DNA from: an uncultured Campylobacterota bacterium
GTDB lineage: Bacteria; Campylobacterota; Campylobacteria; Campylobacterales; Arcobacteraceae
Length of the DNA stretch: 40,251 bases
Assembly (NCBI GenBank): GCA_903821805.1
Contig: CAIJNA010000163.1
Location: 1 to 40,251, forward strand
Direction of reading: 5' to 3'
The position numbers and the translations under genes were made by a program. Each line of letters starts with the position of its first letter. The stretch's first letter is position 1. Positions 9,850 to 18,840 of the stretch are shown here, one piece after another. Below the pieces are notes generated by a model. The model did no database searches. It had not been told where the DNA came from and saw only the letters and a list, made by a program, of their open reading frames with translations.

Positions 9850-10263
9850 CTACAATAAGGTTATATTTTTCTCAATATCATACAATTCGTAGCGAATATA
9901 TTTAAAGTTTTCACTATCCTCATTTGAAATTAGCTTCGAGAACTCTTCAAGAACCCTAGAACTCTCTTGTGCTCTTTTGAAATTTGCTAAAAGTATTGAC
10001 GTTAAGTTTTCTCTACTTTGTTCGCTTTTTGTTGATGTTTTCAGAACATCATTTTTTATGTCTCTTGAATTTAGTAATTCAATGTGATTTTTAAGTCTTG
10101 CTAAGTGTCGCAGTGATTTTAGTCTTGAAGATGTAGTTTTGTCATTGAAGATATATCTAAATATATCCTCAGTGACTCTTATTCCTTCTCTTAGTCGATT
10201 CAGATTTGCATCTAGCAATCTTAAATTTCTATGTTCAGAAGGAACAAGATTTGAGTTATTCAT
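9850..10263 (-). CDS. hypothetical helical protein resembling the N-terminal extension of long-form ThiE proteins
   Basis: The ORF in the track starts at a TTG (10278). The ATG at 10261-10263 (MNNSN...) is preferred and overlaps the BI-1 stop as ATGAATAA. From memory, the motif LLDANLNRLREGIRVTEDIFRYIF matches the LDANLNR-x-REG-x-RV-x-ED box seen N-terminal to some thiamine-phosphate synthases. Confidence 0.5.
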   Translation of the reverse strand: MNNSNLVPSEHRNLRLLDANLNRLREGIRVTEDIFRYIFNDKTTSSRLKSLRHLARLKNHIELLNSRDIKNDVLKTSTKSEQSRENLTSILLANFKRAQESSRVLEEFSKLISNEDSENFKYIRYELYDIEKNITLL

Positions 10264-10975
10264 TCTTGTTGTTTGCAAAAGAAGCTAGTATTTGAAGCAA
10301 CGAAACAAATAGGTTTAAAAAATCTAGGTAAAGCGCAATAGATGCCTCAATTGGAGTAGAGAAACCACCTTTGATAATTTGTTGTGTATCGTAAAGTATA
10401 AAAGCACTAAACACTAATGCTCCGATCATAGCAATGCCAAGTTGTAAAATTGGCGAACCTATGAAAATATTACTTATTGATCCAACTACCAAAATTATAA
10501 CAGCAATAAAAAGCATTTTTCCCATTCCACTGTAATCTTTTTTAGTTGTCATTGCAAACATTGAGATCCCACCAAATGCAACAGATGTCATTAAAAATGC
10601 TTGAGCAACTATTGAAGCTCCACCAGGCATATTAAATACCGAACTTAATAAAGGTGTTAATGTTAAACCACTTATAAAAGTAAATCCAAATAAAACAGCT
10701 AAATTAATGCCTGGCTTTTCTTTTACAGCATAAAGTCCAAATAGTAAAGCAAACTCAAGAATAACAAGCCCCCAATACCAGCTTTGTATAACAGAAGCCA
10801 TTCCAAGTCCAATATATGCTCCAACAGTAGCAGCAAGTAAACTGCTCGCAAATAATTGATAAGTAGCTTTTAGAAATCCAATTAAATTCTCTGGTCTTGA
10901 TTCTGCATCAGATTGATAATTGGAATATGTTTCGTTTTGTGATTTTCCGTCAGTTAGATATTCTCTATTGTACAT
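10256..10975 (-). CDS. Bax inhibitor-1/YccA family membrane protein
   Basis: 239 aa with about 7 hydrophobic helices and a C-terminal pattern including ILYDTQ, typical of the BI-1/YccA family. A good GAAGGAA RBS lies upstream of the ATG. Confidence 0.85.
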   Translation of the reverse strand: MYNREYLTDGKSQNETYSNYQSDAESRPENLIGFLKATYQLFASSLLAATVGAYIGLGMASVIQSWYWGLVILEFALLFGLYAVKEKPGINLAVLFGFTFISGLTLTPLLSSVFNMPGGASIVAQAFLMTSVAFGGISMFAMTTKKDYSGMGKMLFIAVIILVVGSISNIFIGSPILQLGIAMIGALVFSAFILYDTQQIIKGGFSTPIEASIALYLDFLNLFVSLLQILASFANNKNE

Positions 10976-11097
10976 CTTTCATTCCTTCTATTCAAATTTT
11001 TAGTAATGTTATCGCAAAGACTTAAACTTTACTTTAAGGGATTAAATTAAATTCAAAATATTCCTTATATTATTATTTTTTGATTTTAATTCAAATT

Positions 11098-11106
11098 TGC
11101 TATAAT
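11098..11106 (+). promoter_or_regulatory. extended -10 promoter element for pyrB
   Basis: TGcTATAAT is a perfect extended -10. It lies 26 nt upstream of the pyrB ATG in an AT-rich divergent spacer. Confidence 0.5.
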
Positions 11107-11131
11107 CTTTCAAAATCCACAAAGGTAGTCA

Positions 11132-12040
11132 ATGAAACATTTAATCACACCAAATGACCTAACGAACAATGAAGTATTGGAAATATTTGAAGACGCAAAA
11201 TTATTTCAAGATTTATCATCAAATAGTTTACTTAATGGCAAAATAATAGTAACACTTTTTTTTGAGAATTCAACACGAACAAGAAGTAGTTTTGAAATAG
11301 CAGCAAAAAGACTTGGGGCTAATGTTGTTAATTTGGAAGTTCAAACAAGTTCAACAAACAAAGGGGAAACAGTTGAGGATACGGTTGCAAATTTAAATGC
11401 AATGAAGCCTGATGCTATAATCATTAGACACAAAGACTGCGGACTTCCTGAAAGTTTAAAAAGTTATGTGAGCTGTCCTATTATTAATGCGGGTGACGGC
11501 AAAAATGCCCATCCTACACAAGCTCTTCTTGATTTGTTTACAATAGATGAACACTTTTGTGGCGATATATATGGAAAAAAAATAGCAATAGTTGGTGATA
11601 TTGCTAACTCAAGAGTTGCAACTTCAAATCTTGAGCTCCTACCTAGATTTGGACTAATACCCGTTTTAATTGCTCCAGAAAGATTTAAAGTAACATCAAA
11701 TTTTAGAACAGTTTCTGACATTAAAACAGTTATTGATGAGCTTGATATTATTATGAGTCTAAGAGTTCAGCATGAAAGACATGAGACAACTGTTAGTAAA
11801 GAAGAGCAAAAAACTCAAATGGAAGAATATATAAAACAATATTGCATTACAAAAGAATTGCTAGGTGATAGGAATATTTTACTTCTTCATCCAGGCCCAG
11901 TAAATCGAAATATAGATATTAGCGATGAATTGCTGCTTGATTCAAGAAGTAAGGTTCTTAGACAAGTTCATAATGGTGTGGCAGTAAGAATGGCTGTTTT
12001 AAAAAAATTAATACTAGAAAAAAAGAACAATAATGTTTAA
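11132..12040 (+). CDS. pyrB: aspartate carbamoyltransferase catalytic subunit
   Basis: 302 aa with the STRTR carbamoyl-phosphate motif, HPTQ and HPGP motifs. Confidence 0.95.
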   Translation: MKHLITPNDLTNNEVLEIFEDAKLFQDLSSNSLLNGKIIVTLFFENSTRTRSSFEIAAKRLGANVVNLEVQTSSTNKGETVEDTVANLNAMKPDAIIIRHKDCGLPESLKSYVSCPIINAGDGKNAHPTQALLDLFTIDEHFCGDIYGKKIAIVGDIANSRVATSNLELLPRFGLIPVLIAPERFKVTSNFRTVSDIKTVIDELDIIMSLRVQHERHETTVSKEEQKTQMEEYIKQYCITKELLGDRNILLLHPGPVNRNIDISDELLLDSRSKVLRQVHNGVAVRMAVLKKLILEKKNNNV

Positions 12041-12329
12041 CGAAGAACAAGAGTTTGCCACTTTTAGAAAAACGCTTAAGCAGGTTATTAAAGATTTAGA
12101 AACAATTATTAAAGTAGAGCCGCAACAATTTCAAAAAAAAGTATGCGAGCAATTTGAAAGATATTCTTATGATGGTGAGGATGAGGTTATTGGCTTTGAA
12201 GCATGGTGTGATATTTGTGAAGATGGAGCATACGAGCTTAAGGTTAAGATTAATCATGAGGATGCATATGAATTTACTATTTTTGCAACAACAAAAGATG
12301 GATTGATAAGCGTTGTAAATGTTCTTTAA
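12033..12329 (+). CDS. hypothetical small acidic protein translationally coupled to pyrB
   Basis: 98-aa ORF. Its ATG overlaps the pyrB stop (ATGTTTAA, 12033-12040). No motif recognised. It has three Cys (C38 and a CDIC pair). Confidence 0.5.
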   Translation: MFNEEQEFATFRKTLKQVIKDLETIIKVEPQQFQKKVCEQFERYSYDGEDEVIGFEAWCDICEDGAYELKVKINHEDAYEFTIFATTKDGLISVVNVL

Positions 12330-12427
12330 TATGGTTAAATTTGTATTATTTATTTAGATAATATTTTAAAGTAAAATTTATATTTCATATGATAAAGTTT
12401 GTCTAATTAAATTAAGGAGACAATAAA

Positions 12428-12685
12428 ATGGCAGTAAGAATTACAGACACTTGTATTAGTTGTGACGCATGCTTGGACGAATGTCCAACAGAATCTATAG
12501 TAGACAATGACGAAAACCCAACAGGTGAAGATATATATTATGTAAATGCTGATACATGTACTGAGTGTGTTGGTGATCATGATACACCAGCGTGTGCAGA
12601 AGCATGTCCTACTGAAGGATGTATAGTTTGGGATAATCCTAAAACTGAAGGCGCAGTACACGATCAACCTTGTATTGAAGACTAA
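12428..12685 (+). CDS. 2[4Fe-4S] ferredoxin, Alvin/YfhL type
   Basis: 85 aa. Has CISCDACLDECP (CX2CX2CX3CP) plus CTECVGDHDTPACAEACP (CX2CX8CX3CP), the inserted-loop pattern of Alvin-type ferredoxins. A strong AAGGAGA RBS lies at 12414-12420. Confidence 0.9.
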   Translation: MAVRITDTCISCDACLDECPTESIVDNDENPTGEDIYYVNADTCTECVGDHDTPACAEACPTEGCIVWDNPKTEGAVHDQPCIED

Positions 12686-12702
12686 TATTTGATAAATATT
12701 GT

Positions 12703-12733
12703 AAAAAGGTAGGGTAATTCCTACCTTTTTTTA
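12703..12733 (+). terminator. rho-independent terminator after ferredoxin gene
   Basis: AAAAAGGTAGG-gtaatt-CCTACCTTTTTTT. The stem is GGTAGG/CCTACC (12708-12713 / 12720-12725), extended by A/T pairs and followed by a T tract. Confidence 0.7.
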
Positions 12734-12786
12734 TTTCTGCTAATTCATTATGTGATTTTCTCATAAGATTATTTATAGTTTTGTTT

Positions 12787-12795
12787 TGATACAAT
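12787..12795 (+). promoter_or_regulatory. extended -10 promoter element for ndk
   Basis: TGaTACAAT lies about 29 nt upstream of the ndk ATG, just after the ferredoxin terminator. Confidence 0.45.
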
Positions 12796-12823
12796 CGCAA
12801 AATTTTAAAAATGGAGAAATATA

Positions 12824-13237
12824 ATGGAACAAACTTTATCAATCATAAAGCCAGATGCTGTAGCTAAAAATGTTGTTGGAAAAATCTTAGATAGATTTGA
12901 AACAGCAGGACTTAGAATAGCAGCAACAAAAAAAATGCAATTAAGTAGAGCGGATGCTGAAAACTTCTACGCAGTACATAAAGAAAGAGGGTTTTTTAAT
13001 GACCTTGTGGAATTTATGATTTCAGGACCAGTTGTTGTAACTGTACTTGAAGGTAACAATGCAATGGCAATCAACAGAGATCTTATGGGTGCAACTAATC
13101 CAAAAGAAGCTGCAGCAGGAACAATAAGAGCTGACTTTGCTGATAGCATTGATGCAAATGCTGTTCATGGAAGTGATAGCGTAGAAAATGCTATAAATGA
13201 AATCAACTTTTTCTTTGCACAAAGAGAAATTTGCTAG
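12824..13237 (+). CDS. ndk: nucleoside diphosphate kinase
   Basis: 137 aa with [12 protein letters not shown] and the NAVHGSDS active-site His motif. Confidence 0.97.
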   Translation: MEQTLSIIKPDAVAKNVVGKILDRFETAGLRIAATKKMQLSRADAENFYAVHKERGFFNDLVEFMISGPVVVTVLEGNNAMAINRDLMGATNPKEAAAGTIRADFADSIDANAVHGSDSVENAINEINFFFAQREIC

Positions 13238-13258
13238 TCATTAGTAGATAGAGAAAAC

Positions 13259-13642
13259 ATGAAGATAGAATTCAAAAAAGTACAAACTGTAGAGAAGGAA
13301 TTTGACATAAAGTTAGATTCAGTTGAATTTTCAGGTACTTTTTGTAGAATATCGAACAATTTAATCAAACTCAACTCAAACATTATTGGAAAATTAATGG
13401 TTGAATGTTGCAAATGCGGTGAAGAACACTATATAAACATTGATGAAAATCAAGACTTTATTTTAAGTGATGGTGAATTTTTATCAGAAAATGCAAGAGA
13501 AGGTGAGATGATTATAGAGATTGAAAATCATATTGTAGATTTTGATGAACTGTTATTAAGTGAATTGGAATCTATAAAATCTGATTATCATATCTGCAGC
13601 AATTGTCAATCAAATGACAATTTTATAGACATAGAATATTAA
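13259..13642 (+). CDS. yceD: YceD/DUF177 family protein
   Basis: 127 aa with Cys pairs (CCKCG, CSNCQ). Located immediately upstream of rpmF-plsX, the conserved yceD-rpmF-plsX-fabH arrangement. Confidence 0.7.
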   Translation: MKIEFKKVQTVEKEFDIKLDSVEFSGTFCRISNNLIKLNSNIIGKLMVECCKCGEEHYINIDENQDFILSDGEFLSENAREGEMIIEIENHIVDFDELLLSELESIKSDYHICSNCQSNDNFIDIEY

Positions 13643-13656
13643 ACAAAGGATAAAAA

Positions 13657-13809
13657 ATGGCAGTACCTAAGAGAAGAGTGAGTCACTCAAGAAGTGCAAA
13701 AAGAAGAACACATTACAAAATAACTTTAAAAAGACCAGTAAAAGATTTAGATGGGACATGGAGAATGCCTCATAATGTTAATCCTACAACGGGTGAATAT
13801 AAAGCATAA
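13657..13809 (+). CDS. rpmF: 50S ribosomal protein L32
   Basis: Not in the supplied ORF track because it is 50 aa. Translation by eye from the ATG at 13657 gives [57 protein letters not shown]-x-S-x-SR is the L32 signature. AAAGGA lies upstream. The stop TAA (13807-13809) overlaps the plsX ATG (TAATG). Confidence 0.92.
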   Translation: MAVPKRRVSHSRSAKRRTHYKITLKRPVKDLDGTWRMPHNVNPTTGEYKA

Positions 13810-14801
13810 TGTTAAAAATTGCATTAGATGCTATGGGGGGAGACAACGGTCCTTCTCCAATCATGGAAGGTTTATTTTTAGCTTTAAAGCGAAATAAAAA
13901 TTTCGCAGCTATAGCAGTTGGTAACGAAGCGTTACTACTACCTTTAATTCCTCAAAAGCTCAAAGATAGAATCGAAATAGTTCATTGCGTAGATGTAATT
14001 AGTATGTCTGATTCCGCTACTGATGCATTAAAGAGAAAAGAAAGTTCTGCCTATATTGCTATTGAATTAGTAAAAGATGGAAAAGCGGATGCTTTTGTAA
14101 GTGCTGGACACAGTGGTGCTAGTATGAGTTTAGCTACTCTTAGAATAGGAAGAATTAAAGGTGTTAGTCGTCCTGCAATAGCTACACTTATGCCAACTGT
14201 CGACAAGAATACTCTTGTTCTAGACGTTGGCGCAAATGTAGATTGCGATGCAAAAAATTTAAAAGAGTTTGCAATTATGGGAAATGTCTATGCTCAAGAT
14301 GTATTGGGTATTGAAAAACCATTAATTGGCCTACTTAGTAATGGTGAAGAAGAATCAAAAGGAAATGAAGTAACGAAAGAAGCTTTTAAATTACTTGAAA
14401 ATATGCCACATTTCATAGGAAATGTTGAAGGAAATGATATTTTTAATGGTTCAGTAGATGTTGTTGTTTGTGATGGATTTATAGGTAATATTATGCTCAA
14501 AACAGCAGAAGGTGTTGCTGATACTATTGGAAAAATTATCAAACAAAATCTAAGAAGGTCATTAGTTTCTATACTTGGTGCTGTTTTGATGAGAAAAGTA
14601 TTTAAAGGCCTTAAGCTAAAAGTTGATTACGCAGAATACGGTGGAGCTCCATTACTTGGAGTTAAAGCACCTGTTATTATAGCTCATGGAAAATCCAATG
14701 CTAAAGCTATGCAGAATGCTATTTTCCAAGCAGTTGCAGCTGCTCAATCGGATCTTAATATAAATATAGAGTCAAATCTTAATAAATACAAGGATTTATA
14801 A
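13809..14801 (+). CDS. plsX: phosphate acyltransferase PlsX
   Basis: 330 aa with the N-terminal [12 protein letters not shown] signature. Synteny with rpmF and fabH. Confidence 0.95.
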   Translation: MLKIALDAMGGDNGPSPIMEGLFLALKRNKNFAAIAVGNEALLLPLIPQKLKDRIEIVHCVDVISMSDSATDALKRKESSAYIAIELVKDGKADAFVSAGHSGASMSLATLRIGRIKGVSRPAIATLMPTVDKNTLVLDVGANVDCDAKNLKEFAIMGNVYAQDVLGIEKPLIGLLSNGEEESKGNEVTKEAFKLLENMPHFIGNVEGNDIFNGSVDVVVCDGFIGNIMLKTAEGVADTIGKIIKQNLRRSLVSILGAVLMRKVFKGLKLKVDYAEYGGAPLLGVKAPVIIAHGKSNAKAMQNAIFQAVAAAQSDLNINIESNLNKYKDL

Positions 14802-15763
14802 TGTTCGCTTCTTTTAGATCTATAGGAGCTTATGTTCCATCTGATATCAGAACTAATCAATGGTTTATCGACAGAATGGAAACAACTGATGAATGGATCG
14901 TTAAAAGAACTGGCATAAACGAAAGAAGAATTGCATCTGATATCCAGACAACAAGTGATTTGGGTGTAGAGGCATCAAAAATTGCAATAGAAAGATCTGG
15001 GATTGATAAAAATGAAATCGATCTTGTGCTTTGTGCAACTATCAGTCCTGATTATATGTGTATGCCTTCAACTGCTTGCATCATTGCAGATAAATTAGAA
15101 ATAAATGATGTTATGGCATTTGATATTAGTGCTGCTTGTACTGGATTTATTTATGCACTTAGTATTGCTAAAGCATTTATTGAGTCTGGAATGAAAAAAA
15201 ATGTCCTTATTGTTGGGGCTGAAAAATTAAGTTCAATAGTAGATTATACAGATAGAACGACTTGTATGTTATTTGGAGATGGTGCTGGTGCAGCTATTAT
15301 TAGTGCAACTACAAATAAAGATGAAGCGATTATTGATGTTAGGTGTAGTGCTGATGGTAGTCAGAAAGATTTATTGCTTACACCAGGTGTTGGATCTGGT
15401 GAAAAACAATTTATGCAAATGAAAGGTAATGAAACTTTCAAAGTTGCTGTTAGAACTTTAACAAGTGATGTTGTGAAAATTCTTGAGAACAACCAGATGA
15501 CAAATGATGATATAGATCTTTTTATACCACATCAGGCAAACTACAGAATCATTAAGGCAGTTGGCGATGCATTGGATTTTAAAGATGAACAAAAAGTTCT
15601 TACTGTTGATAAATATGGAAATACATCTTCTGCTTCTATTCCTATGGCAATTAATGATTGCTATGAAAGTGGAAGATTAAAATCTGGAGATACGATCTTG
15701 TTGGATGCTTTCGGTGGCGGATTAACTTGGGGTTCAGCTCTTGTAAAATTTGCATCTAAATAG
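14801..15763 (+). CDS. fabH: beta-ketoacyl-ACP synthase III
   Basis: 320 aa with active-site Cys (SAACTGF), HQAN and GNTSSASIP motifs. The start overlaps the plsX stop by 1 nt. Confidence 0.95.
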   Translation: MFASFRSIGAYVPSDIRTNQWFIDRMETTDEWIVKRTGINERRIASDIQTTSDLGVEASKIAIERSGIDKNEIDLVLCATISPDYMCMPSTACIIADKLEINDVMAFDISAACTGFIYALSIAKAFIESGMKKNVLIVGAEKLSSIVDYTDRTTCMLFGDGAGAAIISATTNKDEAIIDVRCSADGSQKDLLLTPGVGSGEKQFMQMKGNETFKVAVRTLTSDVVKILENNQMTNDDIDLFIPHQANYRIIKAVGDALDFKDEQKVLTVDKYGNTSSASIPMAINDCYESGRLKSGDTILLDAFGGGLTWGSALVKFASK

Positions 15764-15766
15764 ATT

Positions 15767-16201
15767 TTATCTATTTAGTTTGAAAGCACTTCTAGACTTT
15801 TCAATCTGTTTCAATTCTTCTTCTTCACTCATAAAATATCTATCAACAGTAGCTGTTGGATTTAAAAATAAAATAACATTATCAATATTTACTTGAAATA
15901 TAGAATAGTATGGAACTTGGCAAATAGAACCAAAATTTTGAGCACCAAAACCAGCTTCAAAAGTTAAATATTTATCATGTAATTGTAAACTTTCAAGTGT
16001 ATAATTTGCCAAAGTAAATAATGTGTATTTTGTAAAATTTTTCTTGATTTCATGTGGTATTTCTGGTGTAAAAGTCATTCCAGATATATTCGCAGTTAGT
16101 CCAAATTCTACATTTTTAAACACAAGAAAATCCAATAATTCTTTTAATTGTTGAGATGTTAAATCCTTATATTCTTTACTCTCTATTAAGTTAGTTATCA
16201 T
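15767..16201 (-). CDS. hypothetical protein, possibly SspB-like
   Basis: 144-aa ORF joined to pabC by an ATGA overlap. The segment LTFEAGFGAQNFGSICQVPYYSIFQV loosely resembles the SspB core (ARFGG...VP..AV..IY). This is a weak pattern match only. Confidence 0.4.
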   Translation of the reverse strand: MITNLIESKEYKDLTSQQLKELLDFLVFKNVEFGLTANISGMTFTPEIPHEIKKNFTKYTLFTLANYTLESLQLHDKYLTFEAGFGAQNFGSICQVPYYSIFQVNIDNVILFLNPTATVDRYFMSEEEELKQIEKSRSAFKLNR

Positions 16202-16782
16202 TTTTGATTCCTTGTTAGATCTATTTTAAAGTTATCTATTATATCAAAATCAATCATAGCATTTAATAATCCGATTTTGTTTGCATTGAGCAACATATCA
16301 ATATCAATATCTTCCTCTAGCAGTAATTCTTCATCAATATATCTCGCCCTTGTTGTACCATGAAGTATTGGTTTTTTTGGTGTCATCCATCTATTTTTGT
16401 ATAGAATTGCAATATTTGCAATAGAAGTATCAGTAACTAGATTATTTTTTACAATAATAATTTCATCGCAATTATCTTTTTTTTGATATAGTTTTTCAAT
16501 ATCATGCCGATCAATATATTTTTTAGAGTACTCGATTGTATCATCGAATACAACTTTAAATGATCTAATTTGTTTTTTGACATATGTGCTGTAATCAATT
16601 TGAATAATATGATTTGAATCATATTGTAACTTACATTTTGTTAGGCATTCTGATGGTGGATAGATATATTCTTCAAGATTGATATTTAGTCCAACAGTCT
16701 TAGCAATCCTTTTTTTGTGATATTCAAGATTGAAAACCTCAAAATCATCACATCTTATTGTCTCAAAGTAAATATTTGTCAT
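16198..16782 (-). CDS. pabC: aminodeoxychorismate lyase-like (class IV aminotransferase fold), short form
   Basis: 194 aa with TDTSIANIAILYKNRWMTPKKPILHGTTRARYI, matching the class IV pattern (N-I-F ... TP ... L-x-G-x-TR). Joined to pabB by an ATGA overlap. Confidence 0.7.
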   Translation of the reverse strand: MTNIYFETIRCDDFEVFNLEYHKKRIAKTVGLNINLEEYIYPPSECLTKCKLQYDSNHIIQIDYSTYVKKQIRSFKVVFDDTIEYSKKYIDRHDIEKLYQKKDNCDEIIIVKNNLVTDTSIANIAILYKNRWMTPKKPILHGTTRARYIDEELLLEEDIDIDMLLNANKIGLLNAMIDFDIIDNFKIDLTRNQK

Positions 16783-17738
16783 GGTATATAAACCTTTTCA
16801 ATCATTTCATTGTATTCATTATTGATATCACTGTCAAGTGTTATTCCACCACCACTTTTATAAATATATTGATTCTTATTGTTTGTATTATTTTTCTTTC
16901 TTTCTATAAATCTTATGAGCACTGCAGTATCCAAGCTTGTTCCGTCATATATCCCCCAAATGCCAGTGAAAAAACCACGATCATATTTTTCTATTTCATG
17001 TATAATTTCAACAGTTTTTCGTTTTGGTGTCCCAGTTATGCTTCCAGCCGGGAGTAAATTCACTAAAATATCCCCAATAGTTTCGTGCCAATTGTTAGCA
17101 AGCTCACCAGATATTTTTGAACTAACTTGGAGGAGTTTATTTTCTCCAGCCTTAATTGTTTCTACATATCTGAATTCATCAACTTTAACATTTTTAGAAA
17201 CAATATTGAGATCATTTCTCAGTAGATCAACGATCATTGTGTGTTCAGCTAATTCTTTTTGATCATTTAATATTTTTTCATGTGCATCTTCAACTTTTGA
17301 ATTTATTGTCCCTTTCATTGGGAATGTATATATTTTATTGTTTGAAATTTTAATAAATGTTTCAGGTGAAAATGATACAAATTTATTCTTGTAATATATT
17401 TTATATTTCGCGGAAGAATGCTCATAAATTTCTAAAAGTGAGTTTTTTGATTTGATATTTGTTTTTGTTGTTAAATTCAAAAGGTATGTGTTGCCTTCTT
17501 GTATTTGAGAAATTACTTTGTTAAATTTCTTTTTATAGGTTTGAAACGTTAAGTGTTTTTTTGAAATAAATATTTTATGATTTTGGTGTGTATTTTTAGA
17601 TTCATTGATAGAATATCTTATTGTTTTTGGTAGCTTGTCTAATGGAATAACATCCCAAGCTTTTAAATCATAGCTTATGCAAAAGAAGAATGGTTTTTTG
17701 GTGTTTCCAAAAGAGTTGAGAGTTGATATCAAATTCAA
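16779..17738 (-). CDS. pabB: aminodeoxychorismate synthase component I (chorismate-binding enzyme), short form
   Basis: 319 aa with the chorismate-binding C-terminal signature LLPAGSITGTPKRKTVEIIHEIEKYDRGFFTGIWGIYDG. Start is TTG at 17736-17738 with AGGTAG upstream. Confidence 0.8.
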   Translation of the reverse strand: MNLISTLNSFGNTKKPFFFCISYDLKAWDVIPLDKLPKTIRYSINESKNTHQNHKIFISKKHLTFQTYKKKFNKVISQIQEGNTYLLNLTTKTNIKSKNSLLEIYEHSSAKYKIYYKNKFVSFSPETFIKISNNKIYTFPMKGTINSKVEDAHEKILNDQKELAEHTMIVDLLRNDLNIVSKNVKVDEFRYVETIKAGENKLLQVSSKISGELANNWHETIGDILVNLLPAGSITGTPKRKTVEIIHEIEKYDRGFFTGIWGIYDGTSLDTAVLIRFIERKKNNTNNKNQYIYKSGGGITLDSDINNEYNEMIEKVYIP

Positions 17739-17770
17739 TTTACTACCTAATTTTTTCGGATTATATATCG

Positions 17771-17829
17771 AATAGCTTTTAATTATTATTAATAGCTTTT
17801 AAAAAAGTGGAGTGTAACTTTAGGTTACA
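17771..17829 (+). promoter_or_regulatory. repeat and palindrome cluster upstream of the nuo operon (putative operator/promoter region)
   Basis: Direct repeat AATAGCTTTTAA at 17771-17782 and 17791-17802, a 20-bp period. This is followed by the perfect palindrome TGTAAC-N5-GTTACA (17813-17829), about 15 nt upstream of a TACAAT -10 candidate (17844-17849). Confidence 0.3.
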
Positions 17830-17959
17830 AAGAAATATTTGAGTACAATTGCTATTTTTAAAAGTAAGAAAAGATTTAATGACATTTTGCTAATATCGAG
17901 ATTATTTATTTGATAATCTAAAATAGAGAATTTTTGAGTTAATTATAGGGGGAGAAAAT

Positions 17960-18349
17960 ATGGAACATATGGATTTTGCGCATCCTTACTTTGGAGCATT
18001 TGTAATGTTTGTTGTTACATTTGTCGCATTTACTGCAACTACTATGGCATCAAGGTTTATTAGTAGAAAGCTTGCAAGACTTGATACAGAAAAATTGAAA
18101 TGTACTATTTACGAGTGTGGACCAGAGGTAACAAAGCAGCCAAATACAATATCGGTTCAGTTTTATTTGATGGCATTATTATTTATACTTTTTGATGTAG
18201 AGATTATATTTATGTTCCCTTGGGCTGTAGATTTCAAGGTTCTTGGTATGTTTGGTTTTATTGAAATGATTTTATTTATCGTATTGCTTACAATTGGGTT
18301 TGTATATGCATGGAAAAAAGGAGCTTTAGAATGGCACAGCATGAAGTAA
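17960..18349 (+). CDS. nuoA: NADH-quinone oxidoreductase subunit A
   Basis: 129 aa with three TM helices and the YECG motif (IYECGPEV). Strong GGGGGAG RBS. First gene of the nuo cluster. Confidence 0.93.
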   Translation: MEHMDFAHPYFGAFVMFVVTFVAFTATTMASRFISRKLARLDTEKLKCTIYECGPEVTKQPNTISVQFYLMALLFILFDVEIIFMFPWAVDFKVLGMFGFIEMILFIVLLTIGFVYAWKKGALEWHSMK

Positions 18350-18840
18350 AATATTTATCAAATGGCGGTGCTCCTATAGCACTTACGACTGTCGATAAGT
18401 TAGTAAATTTTGGAAGAAGTAATTCACTTTGGCCTATGACATATGGTTTAGCATGTTGTGCTATTGAAATGATGGCAACAGGTGCTTCGAGATTTGACTT
18501 TGATAGATTTGGTACTATTTTTAGAGCAAGTCCAAGACAATCTGATGTGCTTGTTATAGCTGGAACTCTTACAAAAAAACATGCAGAGTTTTTAAGAAGA
18601 CTTTATGATCAAATGCCAGATCCTAAATGGGTAATTAGTATGGGGAGTTGTGCTAACACTGGTGGAATGTTTAATACATATGCAACTGTTCAGGGCGCAG
18701 ATAGAGTTATTCCTGTTGATATCTATCTTCCAGGATGTGCACCAAGACCTGAAACATTACAATTTGCACTTATGATGCTACAAAAGAAAATTAGAAGCCA
18801 ACCATGTAGTTTGGCGCAAAAAGCAAAAAGGTTAATCTAA
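18331..18840 (+). CDS. nuoB: NADH-quinone oxidoreductase subunit B
   Basis: N2-cluster motifs [15 protein letters not shown] and PGCAP are present. The ATG at 18331 is preferred over the track start at 18310 because AAGGAG (18318-18323) sits 7 nt upstream. Confidence 0.93.
   Translation: MAQHEVKYLSNGGAPIALTTVDKLVNFGRSNSLWPMTYGLACCAIEMMATGASRFDFDRFGTIFRASPRQSDVLVIAGTLTKKHAEFLRRLYDQMPDPKWVISMGSCANTGGMFNTYATVQGADRVIPVDIYLPGCAPRPETLQFALMMLQKKIRSQPCSLAQKAKRLI

Noticed and set aside
13835-13840. G6 homopolymer as a phase-variation tract of the kind known in Campylobacter.
   Set aside because: It is only 6 nt long and encodes the invariant MGGD motif of PlsX, an essential gene. No longer G/C tracts were seen anywhere in the window.
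11464-17262. Shadow ORFs 11464-11721, 12407-12667, 12639-12842, 12967-13149, 13022-13222, 14294-14542, 16758-17057 and 16879-17262. Also 36141-36347, 39232-39621 and 39953-40159, which lie outside these coordinates.
   Set aside because: They lie antisense to pyrB, the ferredoxin gene, ndk, plsX, pabB, glmS and the MBOAT gene. ORF 12639-12842 also runs across the ferredoxin terminator and the ndk promoter. None has supporting signals.
18310-18330. Upstream start for nuoB given in the track (MEKRSFRM...).
   Set aside because: The ATG at 18331 is preceded by AAGGAG at ideal spacing, and MAQHEVKY is a more typical NuoB N-terminus. The 18310 start lies deep inside nuoA with no RBS.
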